From an uncultured delta proteobacterium (lineage in GTDB: Bacteria; Desulfobacterota; Desulfobulbia; Desulfobulbales; Desulfocapsaceae), in NCBI GenBank assembly GCA_963696725.1, contig CAVOLI010000007.1:275285-339284 (forward strand): DNA of 64,000 bases, given 5' to 3'. The translations under genes were made by a program, and so were the position numbers. Shown one piece after another: positions 59,547-64,000 of the stretch (its first letter is position 1; every line of letters begins with the position of its first letter). A model generated the notes under the pieces. That model did not search any database, had not been told where the DNA came from, and was given only the letters and a program-made list of their open reading frames with translations.

Positions 59547-60254
59547 ATGAAGAAAATTGTCAGTTTTTTTATTGCCGGGATGTTCCTGGTGCCGTTTTGT
59601 CTTCAGGCGGATGACAAGGCTGTCGAGAGCCCGTTCAAGACATCAAGTGAGAAACTCAGCTACTCCATGGGACTTGATCTCGGCAATTACCTTAAAGGCA
59701 TGGCCAGCGAGCTGGATCTTGCTACCCTGAAATTGGGTATTGATGATGGCTTTTCCGGTGCAGAACCAAAGATGAGCCAGGAAGAGCTTGCCGCGGTGCA
59801 GGAGGAATTTGCTGCCAAGATGAAGGCCCAGCAGGAGGAGCAGCTGGCGGCGATGATGGAAAAAAACAAGGCTGCCGGGCAGGCATACCTTGATGAAAAC
59901 AAGAAGAAAGAAGGCGTCAAGGTTACCGATAGCGGCTTACAGTACGAGGTGATTGAAGTAGCCGAAGGACCAAAGCCGGTCGCGAGCGACACCGTGAAGG
60001 TTGATTATGTCGGCACATTGGTCGACGGAACTGAGTTTGACAGTTCAATCAAGAGGGGTGAGCCTGCCGTCTTCGGAGTAGATCAGGTCATTCCCGGCTG
60101 GAGTGAAGCTCTGCAGCTGATGGAGGTGGGGTCAAAGTACCGTGTTGCCATCCCGTCTGAACTTGCCTATGGAGAAACCGGCGCGCCGCCGGTGATTCAG
60201 CCAAATTCCGTACTGGTTTTTGAAATATCTCTGCTGGCTATAGAAGAACAGTAG
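59547..60254 (+). CDS. FKBP-type peptidyl-prolyl cis-trans isomerase (FkpA/Mip-like, secreted)
   Basis: Signal peptide MKKIVSFFIAGMFLVPFCLQA, Mip-type N-terminal dimerisation helix, FKBP domain (VDYVGTLVDGTEFDSS...VIPGWSEALQLM..GSKYRV.IPSELAYG). Confidence 0.9.
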   Translation: MKKIVSFFIAGMFLVPFCLQADDKAVESPFKTSSEKLSYSMGLDLGNYLKGMASELDLATLKLGIDDGFSGAEPKMSQEELAAVQEEFAAKMKAQQEEQLAAMMEKNKAAGQAYLDENKKKEGVKVTDSGLQYEVIEVAEGPKPVASDTVKVDYVGTLVDGTEFDSSIKRGEPAVFGVDQVIPGWSEALQLMEVGSKYRVAIPSELAYGETGAPPVIQPNSVLVFEISLLAIEEQ

Positions 60255-60278
60255 GCTTTACGGAAAAAAAATCACCTC

Positions 60279-60314
60279 CAAAAGGGAGAGGCGGAGGAAA
60301 GCTTCTCCCTTTTG
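60279..60314. terminator. bidirectional terminator between convergent FKBP and DUF362 genes
   Basis: CAAAAGGGAGAG / CTTCTCCCTTTTG stem (about 12 bp) flanked by an A-run on the left and a T-run on the right. Confidence 0.6.
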
Positions 60315-61166
60315 TCATGCTGTTCTTACGGCTGACAGCTCTTTGACCGTAATCGGGTCTGCACATCCCAGCACCTGATGCGCCATTCTGATATGTTCTA
60401 TCTCTTTCCATGATCTGCCGAGCAGCGATGTACCGTAGGCATCTATCGCCACCGGGTCGTAGGCTGCGGCGATTTTTCCTACAGGCGGTTCACAGGTTGG
60501 CCCCCAGAGGTGTGCCTTTGCCATGCCAACCGATGCGTCCAGGATGGTAAAGTCCGGTGTTCGATACCTGTTCAGATCAAATACCGCAGCGTGAATCTGA
60601 CGATGAAACGATGATTTTCCCCATCCCCCACTGCCTCGAAAATGCTCAGGTGGTGCACACCCCATCATGTTTTTCATGGTCAGTGTAACCCGTGACAACG
60701 AATGTGCCTTCAGGACAGGCAGCGATATCAGGAAACTGCTGAAGATCAGCTCCGGAAGGTACATCTCGGGCCACCTGGTACACTCACTTTTTTGCAGGCG
60801 ACGGGAGGGCTCCTTGTTCAGATCGACCAGTTTGACATTGTCAAGCCCGGCGAGCGGCAGATATCCAAGTGCTTCGAAGCAGTGAAAGGTATCATATGAT
60901 AATGAGCCGGTGCCGTCGGCAATGATTATCCTCAGATGCGGGCAGCGGCTTGTCAGCTGCGTGACGATCGCGCTTACAAAAGCAGCAGGTGTTGTGATCG
61001 GCGGCTGAAGGGCTTCGACCAGATTGGGCTTGAGCACAACCTGCTGTTTGTCTTTCAGTATTTCAAAGAGGTCTGCCGCTTCAATTATTGCTTCAATTGT
61101 ATTATCAAGAGATGAAGACGGGCCGCTCCAGACGATTCCCTGCTGTTTGGGTAATAAGGTATCCAT
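60315..61166 (-). CDS. DUF362 domain-containing protein
   Basis: VVLKPNLVEA...ITTPAAFVSAIV..L....P.LRIIIADG...; LPVLKAHS...TL..KN.MG is the DUF362-like core. ATG 61166 preferred over the adjacent TTG 61169. Confidence 0.7.
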   Translation of the reverse strand: MDTLLPKQQGIVWSGPSSSLDNTIEAIIEAADLFEILKDKQQVVLKPNLVEALQPPITTPAAFVSAIVTQLTSRCPHLRIIIADGTGSLSYDTFHCFEALGYLPLAGLDNVKLVDLNKEPSRRLQKSECTRWPEMYLPELIFSSFLISLPVLKAHSLSRVTLTMKNMMGCAPPEHFRGSGGWGKSSFHRQIHAAVFDLNRYRTPDFTILDASVGMAKAHLWGPTCEPPVGKIAAAYDPVAIDAYGTSLLGRSWKEIEHIRMAHQVLGCADPITVKELSAVRTA

Positions 61167-61215
61167 CAATTGTTTATCGTATCCGTGTCCTGACGTTCCT
61201 GTTTGCAGGCGGTCA

Positions 61216-62295
61216 TTAATGATCCTGCATCCTTAAAAGATAAAGCCCCAGAAGAGAAAAAACAATATGTACTGCTAGAGCTGCCGGAATTGCCGGGATA
61301 TATCCGGTTTTGGCAAGCGATTGCAGTGCGCCCCAGGTCCCCCAGGCAAGAAAGGCCATGCCGCAGCTTACCGGAATGGCGATAGAGAGATCACGCCCCC
61401 ATTTCTGGTACGAAAGGATCAGAATCGGCAGCCCGAGCAGCAGCAGCGGGATGCCGAGAATCAAGTATGACATCCGGCCATAAAATTCTGCACGCGCTTT
61501 TGTAGTATCAGCATCGACCTCCTGGTCACCGATATCGCTGAAAAGTTCGGTTAGAGACATCTCCACAGATTCATATTCAGGTATCAGAAAATCGTCCGGG
61601 GTTTCCGGAAAATCGAAGCGGCTGGCATCGAAAATCTCCGTTGAGAAAGTGCCGTCTGTATTCCTCTGGATCTGACCTCTTCTGAGAACCCAACCTAAAC
61701 TGGTCCATCTGGCAAATTTTGCAACGGTCAACTCTTTGACATTGTAATTGTCATCCCAGGTGGAATAAGAAAAATTACTGAGTATCATGTCCTTGTTATT
61801 GGGCCATTGAAACGAGTAAAAGCCTTCGCTTCCCTTGAAATAATAACGGCCGTTTCTGTATATGCCGAGTGGAACCTTGCCCCGCACCTGCTCATACCAG
61901 ATGTCATTGGTTATGGAAATGGTATTTGGCAGAAGAAACTGCGCGGTAAGGATAAAAAAAGAAGTAAACAGGAGGGCGGCGATAAATAACGGCCGGGTTA
62001 TTCGTTTCAGCGGAATTCCTGCAGCTTTGAGCGCTGTCAATTCGTTGCTGTGGTTGAGAATTCCCAATGTGATGACACCGGAAAGAAGTATCAGGATGGG
62101 ACCAAGCTGGTCAACGACAAAGGGGATATTGTAGATGAAAAATTTAATAATCAGGGATGCCGGCTTGCCTGCCTCGGCAAATTCGTCGTATTTTTCAAAG
62201 AAGTCAATCAGCAGATAAACCGCGACAAAACCGATATTAATGGTGAAAAAATAGCGCGTGAACTGGCCAAGAAGATAGCGGGTAAGCAATTGCAT
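61216..62295 (-). CDS. LptF/LptG-family (YjgP/YjgQ) permease
   Basis: MQLLTRYLLGQFTRYFF....GF...YLLIDFFE, 6 predicted TM segments with a large periplasmic loop between TM3 and TM4. 359 aa. Confidence 0.85.
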   Translation of the reverse strand: MQLLTRYLLGQFTRYFFTINIGFVAVYLLIDFFEKYDEFAEAGKPASLIIKFFIYNIPFVVDQLGPILILLSGVITLGILNHSNELTALKAAGIPLKRITRPLFIAALLFTSFFILTAQFLLPNTISITNDIWYEQVRGKVPLGIYRNGRYYFKGSEGFYSFQWPNNKDMILSNFSYSTWDDNYNVKELTVAKFARWTSLGWVLRRGQIQRNTDGTFSTEIFDASRFDFPETPDDFLIPEYESVEMSLTELFSDIGDQEVDADTTKARAEFYGRMSYLILGIPLLLLGLPILILSYQKWGRDLSIAIPVSCGMAFLAWGTWGALQSLAKTGYIPAIPAALAVHIVFSLLGLYLLRMQDH

Positions 62296-62298
62296 CGG

Positions 62299-62691
62299 TT
62301 AAAAGAATCTCCCGGAATGCAGAAATCGGACCGATATCATGAATCCAAATGCAACAAGGGTGAGCCCAAAGATATTGCTTGCCAGCAGATACGTCACTGC
62401 GTGCAGCGGTTCCCCGGATTTGAAATACTGAACGCTCTCTCGTGCAAACGTAGAAAATGTTGTAAATCCCCCGAGAATCCCGGTGAATAGAAAAAGTCTG
62501 AATTCATTACTCAGATGGACCCGTTCAAAATAGCCCCAGAGCAGACCGATAAACAAACAGCCTATGAGGTTTGCCGCAAGTGTTTCATAAGGGAAGTCAT
62601 ATCTGGATATCCGACCGACCAACAGCGCTATCAGGTAGCGGCCGACAGACCCCAGTGCTCCGCCAAGAGCTACAGCAATGATTTTTGACAT
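62299..62691 (-). CDS. crcB: fluoride ion channel CrcB (FluC)
   Basis: 130 aa with 4 TM segments. GGALGSVGRYL and GILGGFTTFSTF motifs are typical of CrcB. Its stop lies 3 nt before the downstream permease ATG. Confidence 0.9.
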   Translation of the reverse strand: MSKIIAVALGGALGSVGRYLIALLVGRISRYDFPYETLAANLIGCLFIGLLWGYFERVHLSNEFRLFLFTGILGGFTTFSTFARESVQYFKSGEPLHAVTYLLASNIFGLTLVAFGFMISVRFLHSGRFF

Positions 62692-63231
62692 GTGATAACG
62701 CTCATCTTGAGTATTTCATATGAAAAAGTACCGGAACATAACTGATAATTGTCCCACTAGGTACCATTAGCTGCTCTTTCCGTCAAGCAGAAGGACTGTT
62801 GATGATCGGTGCCGACGCCTGCGGTAGCACTTGCCATGGCTGAAATTATGGAAGATATTAAAACAACGGATAGGGCAGATTTTGTTTGTTCTTTCACGAC
62901 AAGTGATTATGGTCCGAGCTCCTGCTTGCCTTTTGGCCGGGAACTGTAGTATATTAGACTCTTTCGTTGCTGTTTGGGGATTCGGGCCGAATTGTTCCCT
63001 TAACAGCTTTGGCGTCTCTTTAACTACCCGATATTGTAAGAGATAAAAACAAAAAGGAGGTGGCTGACGACTGTATTGCAGATCCTTTCCCACGGTTTTT
63101 CGGGAAATGCTTCTGCCGACATCTGTGTGGAGAGAGCAATAGAGATTGTTGAGACGGAGTGGGCGCTTGTCATCTGATTACGGTTGATGCCATAAAGCCT
63201 CTGTCGGTATAGGTTGTCACGGTTACCATCA

Positions 63232-64000
63232 ATGACGAGAAAACGAAAGACCAGAAGTGTTCAATCTATCTGTGATCAATCCTACAAAAAATCAGCAAAA
63301 ATCCGTCTTGAGGAATTCCTGTCCGTCTTTGAGAAAGAAGATACCGTCCTTATCTGTATCGTTGCTGACCCCGATTCGCTGGCGTGCTCCCTGGCTATCA
63401 AGCGGCTTCTCAGATATCGAGTAAAATCGCTTACCATTGCGCACCCGAACGAGATCAGCCGTCTCAACAACGTCGAGATGGTAAAGCGATTGAGGATTCC
63501 TCTGGAACGGCTTCACGCGGTAAAACCCACTGATTTCACTAAAAAAATAATTGTTGATTCTCAGCCTGACCATTTACCGGATTTTAATGGTATAGATTTC
63601 GATGTCATCATCGACCATCATCCAATTAGTAAGGACTGGAGTGCAGCGTATGTAGATATCAGGCCTAACTATGGTGCTGCTTCATCAATGCTGGTTGAAT
63701 ATCTGCGCGCCGCTTCCATAAAGCCGTCAGTTTCCATGGCAACGGCTATGTTTTATGGTATCAAGGTCGACACCCAGGATTTTGAAAAAGACGCAAGGCT
63801 CTCAGATGCCATATCTTTCAGGTATCTGTTTGATATCGCCAACCGCAACCTGGTAAGAAAATTTGAACTGACGGATCTGCGACGCTCGGAGCTGCGTTAC
63901 TTCAGCATGGCGCTGGCCGAACTCAAGTACTCAAAGGGTCGTTATTATTGTCATATAGGTAAGGTACGCAGTCCCGATGTCCTGGTAATCATCGCTGATT
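63232..64000 (+). CDS. DHH-family phosphoesterase (NrnA-like), 3' end outside the window
   Basis: Hand-translated; not listed in the supplied ORF track because it has no stop within the window. In-frame TAA at 63193, first ATG at 63232. LICIVADPDSLACSLAIKRLL (DHH motif I/II region), FDVIIDHHP (DHH motif), GAASSMLVEYL, MFYGIKVDTQDF. Confidence 0.8.
   Translation, partial: MTRKRKTRSVQSICDQSYKKSAKIRLEEFLSVFEKEDTVLICIVADPDSLACSLAIKRLLRYRVKSLTIAHPNEISRLNNVEMVKRLRIPLERLHAVKPTDFTKKIIVDSQPDHLPDFNGIDFDVIIDHHPISKDWSAAYVDIRPNYGAASSMLVEYLRAASIKPSVSMATAMFYGIKVDTQDFEKDARLSDAISFRYLFDIANRNLVRKFELTDLRRSELRYFSMALAELKYSKGRYYCHIGKVRSPDVLVIIAD

Noticed and set aside
62757-62830. Canonical fluoride riboswitch upstream of crcB.
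   Set aside because: Only a partial 3'-half resemblance was found. I could not build the P1 helix or pseudoknot by hand, so it is not annotated as a feature. It needs cmscan.
62767-63093. A 108-aa minus-strand ORF and the 71-aa plus-strand ORF 62831..63046 in the crcB/DHH intergenic region.
   Set aside because: No SD is present, the minus-strand ORF starts with GTG, the composition is odd (Cys/Arg/Gln-rich), the two overlap each other, and neither has a recognisable domain.
63053-63152. A perfect SD-like AAAGGAGGTG followed by a 30-codon Cys-rich ORF (VADDCIADPFPRFFGKCFCRHLCGESNRDC).
   Set aside because: The only in-frame start (GTG 63060) overlaps the SD itself, giving zero spacing, and no properly spaced start codon exists. 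The coding call is not supportable.

Overview
This window is almost entirely core, plus-strand housekeeping genome from a Gram-negative sulfate-reducer-type organism. That organism call is an inference from aprBA-qmoABC together with LptF/G, RseP and FkpA-like genes; a Desulfobacterota-like origin is likely, and no database search was run.

Gene order:
- ribH-nusB, ftsK, then the dissimilatory APS reductase / Qmo module (aprB-aprA, qmoA-qmoB-qmoC).
- The translation/transcription supercluster: tRNA-Thr/Tyr/Gly/Thr-tuf, rpmG, tRNA-Trp, secE-nusG-rplKAJL-rpoBC, rpsL-rpsG-fusA-tuf, and the S10/spc/alpha operons through rplQ.
- A YkgJ-type Cys-cluster protein, rpsB-tsf-pyrH-frr-uppS-cdsA-dxr-rseP-tsaB, ispG, proS, rel and a translationally coupled Smr-domain gene, and an FKBP isomerase.
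- A short minus-strand unit (crcB, LptF/G-like permease, DUF362).
- A 540-bp ORF-free divergent region, then a 3'-truncated DHH phosphoesterase gene.

I see no mobile elements, CRISPR arrays, defence islands or other accessory systems, and I found no convincing novel multi-gene system.

The points most worth a second look:
1. A single-base frameshift splits the essential rplB gene as assembled.
2. Two tuf copies 16.8 kb apart are identical over 1188 bp except for two synonymous sites (compared by eye).
3. The aprA-qmoA spacer holds a terminator-like hairpin, a perfect 21-bp palindrome and a near-consensus promoter. A consensus promoter with a leader of about 220 nt lies in front of aprB.
4. 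A rel-smr TGATG overlap leads into an Smr protein whose DxH motif looks degenerate.
5. crcB has an unusual operon context and no recognisable fluoride riboswitch.

All product calls rest on motif recognition in the supplied ORF translations and on canonical operon order. Starts were adjusted by hand where an upstream TTG/GTG extended the ORF.
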